Shown piece by piece: positions 14,495 to 27,296 of a DNA stretch of 64,000 nt. Within the stretch, counting starts at the first letter, position 1. The number at the start of each line of letters is the position of its first letter. Made by a program: the position numbers and the translations under genes. The notes beneath the pieces were generated by a model, which ran no database searches, had not been told where the DNA came from, and saw only the letters and a program-made list of their open reading frames with translations. The DNA lies in assembly GCF_037042905.1 (NCBI RefSeq), contig NC_087250.1:23004001-23068000 (forward strand), given 5' to 3'. This DNA is from Lytechinus pictus. Taxonomy: Eukaryota.

Positions 14495-14521
14495 GCTATA
14501 TAAAATGTTGCATAATATTAG

Positions 14522-15778
14522 CAGTGTAGTAAAATCACGCGAAATCGTCATTACGCAAACATGTAATAAAATGAGGTCACCACAGTGAATCGATAACAGC
14601 GAGAGCGCTGCACATTGCCAACGGTTCACAGAGATTTGCACGCAAACCTATGAAAAACAAGCGAGAGCGAACGATTCCACGAGCTCTTCCCCCCTCTTTC
14701 CCTTCCCGGCGATTTGTCCCAAAACATAAGGATTTCCGCAAACTACGATACTTTGTTTTTCAACTTTATTAGCATCCGATCTATCCATGCCGATTAGATT
14801 TTTACCGTGCCATTTTGTTATAAATTAGCAAAAGAACATGTACATCAGTTTTGCCAAGCTGAATAAAACGACTGGTAGGCGTTTATGACAGCCGTCATTC
14901 ACGTAAACTTTTGTATCCGATATGTGAACTTTCATTCCACATGTAGTGTACTGGTATGCACACAACGTCGTACTACTACTACAGTGATATTGAAGGTTTT
15001 TGCGTTAGTATCAATATTCAGAGGTGATAGCAACGGGAGCATATAAGATTGACATGTACAATAAAAACCAGTAAAACTATATAAAAATGATGAGTCCTTG
15101 ATGCAGTTCACTGACACAGTGAAGGAATTATCAGGATCATCACATCATCACTTATTACAAAACAGTTGAACATGATGAAATTATAACACTTACATGACTT
15201 GTCCAATATCACATGAATCATAATATCCCTTATTTTTCCTTTGGCTTTATAATGACTGTTGAGTGCAGAAAAGGGGAAAACGGTGACTATTTTAACTGGT
15301 ACTGGCTGGTTGTTCCCGTAGTCAGTTAGCGTGCATGTATTAGGCCTACATTCACTATGCCTGGTCAGAGAACAATTTCCCTCAATTCTCTCTAATCATG
15401 CTTATCATTACATGTATCATGCATACCCAAGGAGTGTTGGAAGCTCCTTGGTATACCTGGGAGATGGGGTTTGGTGTGTGCAAGGAGCTACTAACTGGTG
15501 TGGGCATGCAAGGAAATATACCTGAGGTATAGGCCTTAGTTTGTGTGTAAGTTCATTGGGCATGTTGGGTCGGCTCTTTGGTCAAGTGCGCCGGTGCTGT
15601 GTGCATCATCGCACGGTGCAAGCTTCTGTGTCAAATACGCGCGAAACGACTAATAACAGGCTACAAAAATCACTCGACCATGCTGCCGCTATGCGAATTC
15701 GGTGTGCGAAGATTACGTAACTTTCACCAAAATTAACGCTAAACCGTAATGACGATTTCGTGTTATTTTACTACACTG
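14522..15778. mobile_element. Non-autonomous DNA transposon, ~34-bp TIRs, 5-bp TSD (hAT5-like)
   Basis: cagtgtagtaaaatcacgcgaaatcgtcattacg ... cgtaatgacgatttcgtgttattttactacactg with TSD attag (14517-14521 / 15779-15783). Confidence 0.82.
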
Positions 15779-16235
15779 ATTAGGCCTATTATTACTCCCC
15801 AACCCCCAAGTATAGCTTGGATTCAGGTGAACGCCACAACGCCCAAATATTTATTTCCTTTCTTCTTCACTTAATTGATTCGAATATTAGTGCTAAAAAA
15901 GTGTTTAACGCAGGGCCGCAGAACGGTACACAAAATATGTGTGTGTTTGTGGAAAGGGGGGGGGGGGGGGGGGTGACCATACCAACAGAGTTACAATAAA
16001 TTGTCATTTTCACGTTTCTGTAACACGGTTTTTAAAAAAAGTGGGGGCGGGGAGGAAGCATTTCGCCCCCCCCCCCTCCACTTAGCGTTTAATAATATTG
16101 GTACCCTAACCAATAGGGTATATTTTGTCAGACTAAACCCATAAATATTCATGACAGAATATAACGTTATTCCCACTCATCGACCAGATGTGGCGAGATT
16201 GGTAAAACGAAACGCTATAATAAGTCTACTACAGA

Positions 16236-16394
16236 CTGGGGCCTGTTGCATAAACTTTTAACCTGAGAAAACTCTGGTAAAAACGGAAAACCAAGGTAAG
16301 TCTGATTTCTGCCATTGACTTTAACACAGGGCAAAAACTCCGGTAAAAGCAACCTGAGTTTTCTCAGGTAAAAGTTTTATGCACCGGGCCCCTG
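16236..16394. mobile_element. Short palindromic MITE (Harbinger-like)
   Basis: ctggggcctgttgcataaactttta.cctgagaaaactc ... gagttttctcaggtaaaagttttatgcaccgggcccctg. Confidence 0.7.
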
Positions 16395-16809
16395 GTCAAC
16401 CAAGAGAAGTCATTCGCATAAAAAAATAGCGCATTTTCGCAATGATCGACCACTACACAAACGTTTTCTACAACGCACAAATTCCTTTGATTGATAATGC
16501 AGGTCAAACCACAATGGACGGTTGAGAGGTTTTTGTGACGAAATTTGGTGGACCGGGACGCGGGTATGTGTTGAACTACCATCATAACTCCTGAAAGTGT
16601 ATGGATCTGATTCATGAAACAACACCAGTTTCGTTTTAGTCTAACACCTGATAGGTGTTTAAAACAGCATCGGTTAGATTCCAGATCGCTCCCCCCCCCC
16701 CGGGATCGTCCGACGATTCTGACCTGACGAAAAATTGCAAATATATCGATTGTCCAAAATCCAGAACGACACAACTGTTTTGATCTCTGCGTTCTAGAAT
16801 ACGTCTACG

Positions 16810-17563
16810 TATATAGTTACTGCGAAAGTGTTCTAATTAGCTTTGATGCAGGGGCATGGGCGGAAATTTCCCCCCAAAGGTAGGGGGGGGGGACCAGGGG
16901 CGGATCCAGGATTTTCAGGCAAAAAAAGGTTATTACCCACAATGTACACTGCAAAAACTCTGGTGTTGATTTAACACCAGCCCAGAATCTAAATATGTCC
17001 ATCACACCAGAGAAGTGTTAAACAACACCAGTTTGGTTTTGGTCTAACGCCAGAAAGGTGTTTATACAACACCAAATTGTATTAAAAATGAAAAAGGTTT
17101 GATTCCAAACTGGTGTTGTTTCAATACTTCTCTGGTGTGGACATATAGATGCCGGGCTGGTGGTAAATCAACACAGGAGTTTTTTTTGCAGTGTATAGTT
17201 ATACTGCGAAAGTGTTCTAATTATCTTTGGCGCAGGGGCATGGGCGGAAATTTCTCCCCAAAGGTATATGGGGGACCAGTGGCGGATCCAGGATTTTCAC
17301 CCTAAAAATTTGACAATAAAAAAACAAGGTTGTCACCCAATTGTACACTGCAAAATCTCCGGTGTTGATTAACACCAGCCCAGAATCTGAATATGTCCAC
17401 ACCAGAGAAGTATTGAAACAACACCAGTTTGGAATCAAACCGATGCTGTTTTAAACACCTATCTGGTGTTAGACTAAAACGAAACTGATGTTGTTTAACA
17501 CTTGGTGTGGACATATATAGATTCCGGGCTGGTGTTAAATCAACACCGGAGTTTTTGCAGTGT
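16810..17563. repeat. Tandem duplication (~385 bp), each copy ending in a CACTG-terminal MITE
   Basis: tactgcgaaagtgttctaatta...gcggatccaggattttc...tgta|cactgcaaaa occurs twice (16810-17193, 17194-17563). Confidence 0.85.
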
Positions 17564-17651
17564 AGGTCATTTCGTCATCTTTGAATGATGTACTTTGTTT
17601 TCCGTCATAAAAAGACTCTCAGTTTTTTAAATCAAGAATTTGTAGATTCAA

Positions 17652-18232
17652 AGGCCCGTATTCTGAAGTCAGGTTTAACTTATACCATGATCTAAGTCTG
17701 TGCTATGATTATGGGGGGCCAAAAATTCTAACATTCTGTTTATATTGTATGTTTCTTAAGTTTACTATTTTGTTTCCTTTTGCTTTCATAATGATGTAAA
17801 ATACTTCAGTTATCATTCCCCATACAATTTGGGTGTCATTATGAGTTAATAATACCTCGGTCAGATTTGCTCTACTGCGGCCGTAGATCAAATGTGACCG
17901 AGATATAAATAGACCGCGGTTTACTAATGCCATAGTCTAATTCATTGATGTTTATTCCCTTGGGGCATAGTAACGAGTTATTCCATTAACCTGTACCTAA
18001 CAATGGTATTTCAATACTTGGAATCCACTTTGCATATATTAGTTGTTGTTATGTAGGGCAAACCTCGGGCAAGCTTTCCGGTTGTTAGAGGCAACCTTTG
18101 TTAAACTGGTATGCATAAAATTTGAATATGTTAGTAAACCGGTCTATTGGATGTGTACTGTTAGGGATTTGTGCCCCAATTGGCTCTCCATAGTTAAACC
18201 AAAACTTTAAACCCGAGTTCAAAACACGGGCC
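17652..18232. mobile_element. MITE immediately upstream of the promoter
   Basis: aggcccgtattctgaagtcaggtttaa ... ttaaacccgagttcaaaacacgggcc. Confidence 0.65.
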
Positions 18233-18313
18233 ATTGTCTCAAAAACAGATATCCCTTTTCGTAAAGTGGGAGGAAATACGCTTTCCGCACACCATTTCCC
18301 CAAGTCATACCCG

Positions 18314-18522
18314 CAGCTATTGGCTAAACCTGTCCCTGATCCAGCAAATCATGATCAGCTATTGGCTACACCTGGTCCCGAACCAGCCAATCGCGATCGA
18401 CCGTGTGAACACTGATGGCAGTAACCCGCCAATCAGATGTCGAGTTAGCAAAAGTGGAGACACCTTTTCGCTTCCGTGGCATTGTTATATTATATACTAC
18501 TTATCACGGAATCTTTCAGTAC
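18314..18522 (+). promoter_or_regulatory. Putative Pol II promoter: four CCAAT boxes, TATA-like element, Inr-like TCAGT
   Basis: ATTGG at 18319 and 18361, CCAAT at 18387 and 18429, tatattatata at 18486-18496, tcagt at 18516-18520, ATG at 18608. Confidence 0.7.
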
Positions 18523-18607
18523 ACTGTTATCATCCTGAGAAACAACAGTGATAGATTGAAGCTGACTTTTCAAGTTCAGGAGTGAATCTCTCCGGATCAA
18601 AACGAGT

Positions 18608-18680
18608 ATGTGGAAGCTTGTTGGGCTTCTTGCCCTTGCGGCCGTGTTCGTCAACACGAATGCCAATATAATCAATATCG
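18608..18680 (+). CDS. Exon 1: signal peptide of a secreted/surface HYR-like + multi-Sushi protein
   Basis: MWKLVGLLALAAVFVNTNANIINI+1 nt (basic N-terminus, hydrophobic core, small-residue cleavage site). Perfect donor G/gtaagt, phase 1, matching exon 2. Linkage across the 18-kb intron is inferred. Confidence 0.82.
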
Positions 18681-19639
18681 GTAAGTAGTTTTTTTTAATC
18701 TAGATATCTTTATAAAAAAAAGTTTTCATCATGTCAAAAGTTAAAGTCATGGATTTTGCCTAGTATATGGGACAAAATTTAACACAATTATTTGGTACCC
18801 TTTTTACCCAATTTTTTGTGCATGCCCAGCAGTGATAGTTATGTTCAAGTTTACTTTACAATCAAACGCTAAATGCCAATGACCAATTAACATCTTCGTT
18901 GCTGCCCACTTTGTTTAAAACACTGACCAGGAACCAATCAGAGGAGTTGTTTGATATTTGCAATTCATCGAAATTGGAAAAAAGGGAGGGGGAAAAGGGG
19001 GACAAATTAAAAGGAGAGATGAAAAAAGAAGGAACTTGATGATCATTATTATCAACATTATTATTATCATTGTCTTTGTTATCATTATTATTACTATGAT
19101 AATAATAAGATCATATTTGCCATAATAATTGTAATAGGATATGATGTTCGACCGTAAATTATTGGGGGAGATATTAAAACAGGCCATCCCCCACATGAAA
19201 TAATGGAGGATAATAATACCCCCCCCCCCGAGATCGACACTCATGGAAGGAAGACGGAGAAGACTAGGAAAAAATAAGAATAAAGCACCGACTAATACTA
19301 AGAATTTATCATCAGTGCATTAATTCAAAAGTGCTATTGAATACATTCTTTAAAATGAAATTCTCTCAAGAAACCAAATTTTGTTCTGTATGCTTTACGC
19401 TTAAAGATTATTCCAATTTAAATTAATTACGCCTCGCATACATTTTGTAAATGTTTGTATTTGGACTTGTGGAACATAATGATTTGATTATTTTCTGTTT
19501 GTTGTAATTAGTTTGCGAGTTTGACTTTTTAAAAAGTATTTTCTAACATGTTTTTTATGAATATTTTAAAGTTGTGACAACATCTCTGCCTCTTATACAC
19601 AAACATTTGTATAAATGGTAGTTACTTACTAACCTTTGA

Positions 19640-21300
19640 TAATAACGTTATACTTAAAACTACAATTCCATAATTATAGTGTTGATCCTCTTGCTTACAT
19701 TTTTCAAATTGTCTTTAGCTCATGGACAGGACTGTAATACAGTTTCCTTATTCCATGAAAATTGCAAGAGTCATTCCTATTTTTAAGACAGGAGTTAGAT
19801 TGAATAATAACAATTATTGACCCATATCCCTACTAACATGTCTTTCTAGAATTCTGGGGAAAACTCGTTTATAGCTGAACAATTATTTTTTTGTGTGATA
19901 ATAACATTTTTTCAAATTTTTGATTTTTAATTTAGAAAAAATCCAGTACAATTCATGCCTTATCCTTTGTTGAAAAATTGGTCATGCTGTCGATAAATCT
20001 TCACATTATGGTGGGTATTTTACTGGACTTCTCCAAGGCATTCGAAACTATTAATCATGACATGCTACTCCATAAATTATCGCATTATGGCAAACGTGGA
20101 AAGGCCTTTGGAGTGGTTCAGGAATTACCTCTCTAACAGAAAACATTTTGTTTCTCGAAATAACAATTCCTCCGATTTATCTTATATTAATTGTGGTGTG
20201 CCGCAAGGAAGTATCCTGGGACCCTTTCGTTTATTTCATGTATAAATTATATTAAAAAAGCATCAAATATTTTATCTTTCATTTCTTTTGCTGATGACAC
20301 CAATCTATGTTTCTCTCACAATGATCTTCTTACACAGTCTTGTAAAAATAATAAACTCCGAATTAACTAAAATTTTGAATTGGATCAGAGCTTACAAATT
20401 ATCAATTAACCTTCATAAAACTAAATACATATTATATAGTAATACTATAGATTCGTTGCCTTTTGACATTTGTATTGAAGATTTAAGTGTGTCGTCAATA
20501 AAATTTTGAGTGTTCATGTCGATAACAAACTCTCCCGGAAATGCGATATTGATAATTAATTGCAAAACAATATTTCGTAATTCAGGAATCATAAACAGAT
20601 TAAAAACATTTATTTCTGTTGCTTCTCTACTTAAATTTATATTCTCTTAAATTACCACGTATCATCTATGGGATATTGTTTGGGGGCAGTACCCACCAAA
20701 ATTTACTGAACAAAATATTATTACAAAAGGAAGCTCTATTATTTCATTCTCACATCCCCGTTCTCACACTTATCCGCTTTTCCTTGATTATAAAAAAACA
20801 AGACTATTATACCAATTCCAGCTCTTATGTACATGGATAAGAATTACACTGTAAAAACTGTGGTGTTAAAACTGACACCAGTTGGTGTTAATGGAGGACC
20901 ACACCCTGAGGCCGGTGTTAAAATTACACCCTAGAGATTGAACATAACACCAAAGAGTGTAAATGTAACAACCAAAGGTGTTGTAATAACACATATGGGT
21001 GTAAAATTAACACCACTAATTTAATACCGGTGTAAAACGACTGGTGTGGTCCTCTATGTACACCGATTAACACCACATTTTTTGCTGTGATTCCTTTTGC
21101 ATTTCATGATATGTTTTTTTCCTTCAAAATAACAATTATCATATAGGTATCGGCTGCGAGACACGCCGATAACTTTCATCAGGCTATGCTAAGAACTCGT
21201 TTTGCTCAAAGTACTTATATTTTCACCGGCCAAGAATTTTGGAATCCCCCATAAAGATATTCAACAGGCCCCCTCCATCAACTCATGAAGAGAAAGCCAA
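19640..21300 (+). mobile_element. Highly decayed CR1-group LINE RT fragment
   Basis: Frameshifted motifs: KIARVIPIFK, DFSKAF, WFRNYLSNRK, CGVPQGSILGP, FADDT. Interrupted by a cactgtaaaaa...gctgtg MITE at ~20847-21089. Confidence 0.8.
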
Positions 21301-22739
21301 AACAATATTTGTGTTACTGTCTTACCGAATTAATTAGTTTGTATGTTTTTGTATCATCTAAGCAATCTATGAGCCACACTCTCAGTCTTTTATCCACGCG
21401 TTGCACTCGCCGTGTTCCCCCTCTCCAGTAGCGTACCTAGGATTTTCCACAGGGGGGGGGGCAAATTCGCCCGCCAAAAAATTTGACAAGCAAAAAAAAA
21501 GGTCCTCAACAGGATATAAAGGACATTTCGCACCAGAAAAAATTTGACAAGCAAAAAAAAAAAGGTCTTCAATCTCAAACTCGTCATCAGGGGGCAGTCC
21601 CCCCCCCCCCCCGTTGGTACGCTATAGTGCCCCTCTCTATTTCTCACCCTTTCTCTGTACATATTGCCGTTCTCTCCCCCCCCTCTGTCTGATCTCGCTC
21701 AGGCTTATCTTTGCCGACTCACTCTTTTCCTCTTGCCCCCCCCCCCCCTCCCTCCCCTGTCATGCATGTATTCTTCGTCATATCTTTGTTTTCTTGATGT
21801 AGGTCTATCATATGTTTGATTTGTATTTGTTGATGGAATGAAGATAACAGGGCTCTTGAACTTTCATGCAAAAAAATACATGTACTTTTATCACGGTCAA
21901 ACTGTGTAGGGCCTATATGACATTCAGAAATAAATAGATAAATAAATAAATGGATAAATAAAAATATTTCATGTCACTTTAAAGACTACACTGGGTGATT
22001 TCAAGTTCGGTGTTGAAATCTGGTGTTGGTGTTGGGACAACACCAACACCAGCTACAACACCGTACTTGAAATCACGCTGGTGTTGGGATTGACCTCGGA
22101 AAATATGACGTATTTCCGGCAGTTTGTGTTGAGCTCTGGTGTTGAATGTCGTCTGCTGAACCGAGCATTACAGCTGGTGTTGGGGCTCAGCAGCCTTTTC
22201 AAGCTCTCAACACCAACATCAAACACCGTACTTGAAATCACCCATTGTATTGCCTGTTTAATGAGATGCATATCTTGCTCAAGATGCTTATAATGGAGGT
22301 CAAAACATTCAGTTTAGAAGTCAATATACAAATCACATTTCAGCTCGGATGTCGAACCTTCATTATTTTGATTGATTTTAAAAAAGTGCTCAGTTAATGT
22401 CCCTTTCATACGTGACAATATCAACAATTTTCAACTCGCATAATATAAAATAGGAACTTAATTATCAGTGGCGGATCCAGGGAGGTGGCGCAGGGGGCGC
22501 GCGCCCCCCTAATATTTGAGCGGCGCCGAAGGCGCCGCTCAAAAAAAAAAAAAAAAGTAAAAGAAAGAAAAGGCGCTGCTTGAAAAAATAAAGGAAAGAA
22601 AAGAAAAGGCGCCGCTTAAAAAAATTATACACTGATATAATATTAGCAACAGTAAGGAAAGACTATCCCCCAGCAAAGCACAATCATATCATCTTCCTTA
22701 TCTTTTCTTTTAACTACCCTTTTCCCAACAACTCCGCCG

Positions 22740-24280
22740 GTTAATAATCAGCAATGCGCTGACTGCGTAATAACTGGCGCCAATCAAGAATAATCAGCGC
22801 CACCTTAATCTAAATCGGCGCCGGACAAGAATAATCAGCGCCATTTGGTTATAAATCGGCGCCAGTCGAGAAAAATCGGCACTACCAGAGTCTTAACCGG
22901 CGCCGATCAAGGATAATCTGCACCACCTAAATCTAAATCGGCACCAGATAAAAATAATCGGCGCCATCTGGTTATAAATCGGCGCCGGTACAGAAAAATC
23001 GACGCTGCTTGAGTTCGTAACCGGCGCCGATCAAGGATAATCAGCGCCACCTATATCTAAATCGGGTTGGACAAGAATAATCAGCGCCATCTGGTTATAA
23101 ATCGGCGCTGCCAGAGTCTTAAAGGGATGGTCCGGGCTGAAAATATTTATATCTTGATACATAGAGTAGAATTCACTGAGCAAAATGCCGAAAATTTCAT
23201 CAAAATCGGATAACAAATGATAAAGTTATCGAAGTTTAAAGTTTAGCAATATTTTGTGAAAACAGTCGTCATGAATATTCATTAGGTGGGCTGATGATGT
23301 CACATCCCCACTTTCCGTTTTCTTATGTTATTACATAAAATCATATTTTTTCATTATTTCATACTTGTGTGAATAATATGTCTCCCTTATAATGAAATAA
23401 GTTGCAGCAATAAATATCTAATGCACTAAATCAGTTGTCAATCCCATTTTTCTAGCTCTTGGAGGAAAACATTTGAATAAACCTAATTTCATATAATAAA
23501 ATACAAAAGAATAAGTGGGGATGTGACATCATCAGCCCACCTAATGAATATTCATGACCACTGTTTTCACAAAATATTGCTACACTTTAAAATTCAATAA
23601 CTTTGTTATTTGTTATCCGATTTTGATGAAATTTTCGACATTTTGCTCAGTGAATTCTACTCTATTTATTAAGCTATAAATACTTTCAGCCTGGACCATC
23701 CCTTTAACCGGCGCCGATCAAGAATAATCAGCTCCACCTAACTCTAAATCGGCGCCGGGCAAGAATAAACGGCGCCATCTGGTTATAAATCGGCGCCGGT
23801 TAAGAAAAAATCGGCGCTGCCTGAGTTCGTAACCGGCACCGTTCAAGGATAATCAGCGCCATAGCTATATCTAAATCGGGGCTGGTCAAGAATAATCAGC
23901 GCCATCTGGTTATAAATCGGCGCTGCCTGAGTCTTAACCGGCGCCGATCAAGAATAATCAGCTCCACCTAAATCTAAATCGGCGCCGGACAAGAATAATC
24001 AGCACCACCTGGTTAAAAATCGGCGCCAGTCAAGAATAATCGGCGCCTCCTGGTTCGAAATCGGCGCCAGTCAATTATGAATTATTGTCGCTGCCTGAAT
24101 CTTACGTGACGTCGGTAAAAATAATCAGCACTACTTGTTCTAAATCGGCGCCGGTCAAGAATAATCAGCGTCCCCTGGTTCCAATAAATAGGCGACGGTA
24201 GAATAATGAAGAAGGGCCTATTGCCAACCAAATCTAGATCGGCGCCGGTCAAGAATGATCAGCGGCACCTAGCTGGTTAT
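22740..24280. repeat. GGCGCC-rich minisatellite (~20-21-bp basic unit, ~41- and ~124-bp higher periods)
   Basis: Recurrent aagaataatcagcgccatctggttataaatcggcgccggt and variants. Confidence 0.9.
23123..23703. mobile_element. Kolobok-like MITE (TTAA TSD, purine 5' termini)
   Basis: ttaa|agggatggtccgggctg ... cagcctggaccatccct|ttaa. The empty site gagtcttaaccggcgccgatcaag is present in neighbouring minisatellite units (~22889, ~23929). Confidence 0.88.
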
Positions 24281-25879
24281 ACATTTTATTGTTGAATGGT
24301 CATAACAAAGCTTATCGCATGCCCTTACAGAGTGGACTGGGGCGGGGCAGTTGCCCACAGAATGACAGATGTCATGAAATCTTTAATTTATTTTAAAAAT
24401 CCCAGAATCATACAAAAGCGTAGAGCAAATCCTTTAATTTTGATCTTATTTTCCAATGCTTTAATAAAAAGAAAGTCAGTCACTTTTCTTCTTTACACAT
24501 TCCACATTGTGCCACCTCTATGGCCTTTAGTTTAAGACAGCTTCTATATAGTGTTTTATGAAGATGATTCGATATTTTAGCCCAAAACTTTGCTAAAACC
24601 CGTTGCTAGTACCGGGAGTGTATAATTACGCAACCAGTCGTATATTGAGATTGAGCTACACAACTCGTTCTTTATTTAAAATCGTGCTTAAATTATCCGC
24701 TTCTCAGATTGGAATATAAAAATTTTCAGCTCGCGCTTCGCGCTCGCATCATTTCTGTAGCAAAACCCCATGCTTTTCATGATTAAATAGGTGAATAGAA
24801 TGTCCCTTTTTCAGGACTAAACGTCAAAAGAACTCCCGCTTCGATTTGCAATAATCTTTTGCTGGATATAATCTTGTTCTTTATTACAAACGTCCATTAA
24901 ACTGTCATTTTTTTTCAGATCGAAATATCAAAATTTTAAGCTCGCGCTTCGCGCTCGCATCTATCGTTTTTTTTAGATACCCATCTTAATCATTGGTACC
25001 AAAATTGCATAGAATATCAAGCTTTCTGGTCAGAATATAAAGAAATTTTAGCTCGGCACTCGCATTATCTGTGTAGTGAGATATGTATCCTCCTCATGAG
25101 TTACTACAAACAGTCCTTAACAGGCACCTTTTTCCTGTTTTCAGGTCAGTATACTAAAAAAATTCAGCTCGCGCTTCGCGCTCACATTAATTTGTTGATG
25201 AGATATGTGTTTCTATCTTATGAGTCATATAAATATATATATATATATATATATGTGTATGCATATGTGTGTGTGTGTGTTTGTGTGAGTTTGTTTGTTT
25301 TGTGTGATATCGAGCGCCTTTGGAAAGTTGATTCATGATTTTGCCCCCCAAATCTTAAAAAAAGGATCGACGCCCCTGTGTATATATAAATATACATATA
25401 GTAAAAAAAAACTTGTATCTCTATTAATATACAAAAGTATTGGCCTCATCGCAATAAAAGGGTTAACACACGATATTTTGAAATCGCTCATAACATGCAT
25501 AATTTTGTGTTACTTTTTGCTTGTTTCTTTCTTTAATAAGTTTTTCAATCTCTCTCTATATATGTTTTAGAAAGGTTATATGTTTAAATTGATGTATATT
25601 TTCTGTTATAATGAGATACGAAGTGGACTTCAGGGAATGGTCGTACGCAGCAAGGGGGGGGGAGGGGGGGGGGCACATTCGCGGTCTGCTGTTGTGAAAA
25701 ACATTTTTTTTCCTTAACATTTCATGAAAACTATGAAAAATGTACAAATGTGAGATGTGCACCAAATTTTCGAGACTTGCCCCCCCCCCGGAAATATTAT
25801 CTGCGTGTGGTCATGCAAAATGGCATGACTGGAAATCCTACATTTTGAAAAGAGCATTTGACAGGTGTCACGCGCGTAA

Positions 25880-26294
25880 AGGCGACCGCACACCTTACGA
25901 CTGGTCTGCGACCCGATTTTGGAACAAATCGCATTTTGCTCATTTTCTGAAGATGTGAATGGAACATATCATTTATTTGAGGTTAAAATTAATTGAAATA
26001 ATAATATTATAACAATTTTGAATGATTGCAAGCCCTTGTTTTGGAGTAAAGTCCAAATTAGTTTCAAATCGTAGCCAATCGTAAGACTGCTATGACGTCA
26101 TTACGACTAGATATTAAATTCGCTTTTATTCTAAGAAGGATGATAGCATAGTCACAAATTTGATCATAGGTATTCGTACGATGATTTCAAACATTACACA
26201 GTAAGATATTCCAAGTCTCAATATTAGCATCAAATTTTATTACATTTTATTCTGAAATCGGGTCGCAGACCAGTCGTAAGGTGTGCGGTCGCCT
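25880..26294. mobile_element. PIF/Harbinger-like MITE
   Basis: taa|aggcgaccgcacaccttacgactggtctgcgacccgattt ... aaatcgggtcgcagaccagtcgtaaggtgtgcggtcgcct|taa; 40-bp perfect TIR, TAA TSD. Confidence 0.88.
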
Positions 26295-27296
26295 TAAAAC
26301 ATTCCCCATAGACTTGTGTCTTAAAATGGCACTTTTGAAAAATTCATAAAAAATAAATGTGAAATTAGAGGGTGGAATGTTTACTACCTTTGGATAGGAT
26401 ATATATCTGACATTCCATATCTGACCAGAGAAGGGTATCGTAGCCAGCTCATTTTAAAAATAAATCGCCATCTATGAAGATAACTATGATGGGATCAAAT
26501 TCATCAACTGAAACAGTAAAATAGCCCCAATTCTTCCGCCAGTCAAAAAATAGTTCCAAATCATTGCTATATCTTCCCAATTTGGGCAAAGGAAGTTCAG
26601 TAGTTACCATTTCTAGAATCAGTGTTAGATTTTGAATCATATTCATACACTTTGTCAATCAGCAATATCAAATTGAAAACATTCGAATGGGTTGGGTCGA
26701 ACGAATATCTTTAGCCCTCCTGATGTAATTAGGCTCATGGCGCCTGACAGGGTCAGACTTTACCCCTTTTTCAACATTTTCTTTTATGGCGCCGGTGAAG
26801 TGCAAAAATATGTGCGCCGCTCGGTAGTGCGCCCCCCCCCCCTTTCACCAAAAGCTGGATCCGCCTATGATTATTACCCATGCATCCTTTTTATGATGAC
26901 AAAATGTACTAGAAATGTCCTCTCTTCGTCACTATATATGCAATAAACGAGCTGATAATGTCATATCTCTTCCCATAATTATATTTTGATATTTTTATTA
27001 CCCACTACATATGATTTTTATAATTCATCAAATTATCCGTCATTTATTTTGTTACATTATAGCCCAAATGGATAAATGGCATTTTCTTGTATTAGATAAG
27101 ATATATTACTATACCCAAATTTAGAGGAATAATTACAAAGCAATATAGTGATATGAAGATGATTGCTATATATCTGTACAGTATATAGCAATCATCTCAA
27201 TATCGCTCCATATACTGTGCAGCTGGTATCGTCTAATATCCAAGAAGACGATGAAATTAATTTACTTTTTGGCTGATAAAAAGGCTCTTGGTATAT

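Larger units (their letters stand above)
11651..14520 (+). mobile_element. tRNA-derived SINE split into three pieces by nested DNA elements
   Basis: Head with A box tggcttagtgg (11651-11708). Core actcccacccaggtgtagtaaatgggtacc...tattaagcgctat (13215-13361). Tail gctatataaaatg..tatta (14495-14520). Confidence 0.65.
22466..25220. mobile_element. Large hAT-like non-autonomous element carrying an internal minisatellite
   Basis: Starts cagtggcggatccag. Distal part has tcagctcgcgcttcgcgctcgca subrepeats like the hAT elements at 12-14 kb. Right terminus/TSD not identified. Confidence 0.55.

Noticed and set aside
22740..24280. CRISPR-like array or repetitive protein gene
   Set aside because: No unique spacers, no cas genes, eukaryotic context and no long ORF in any frame.
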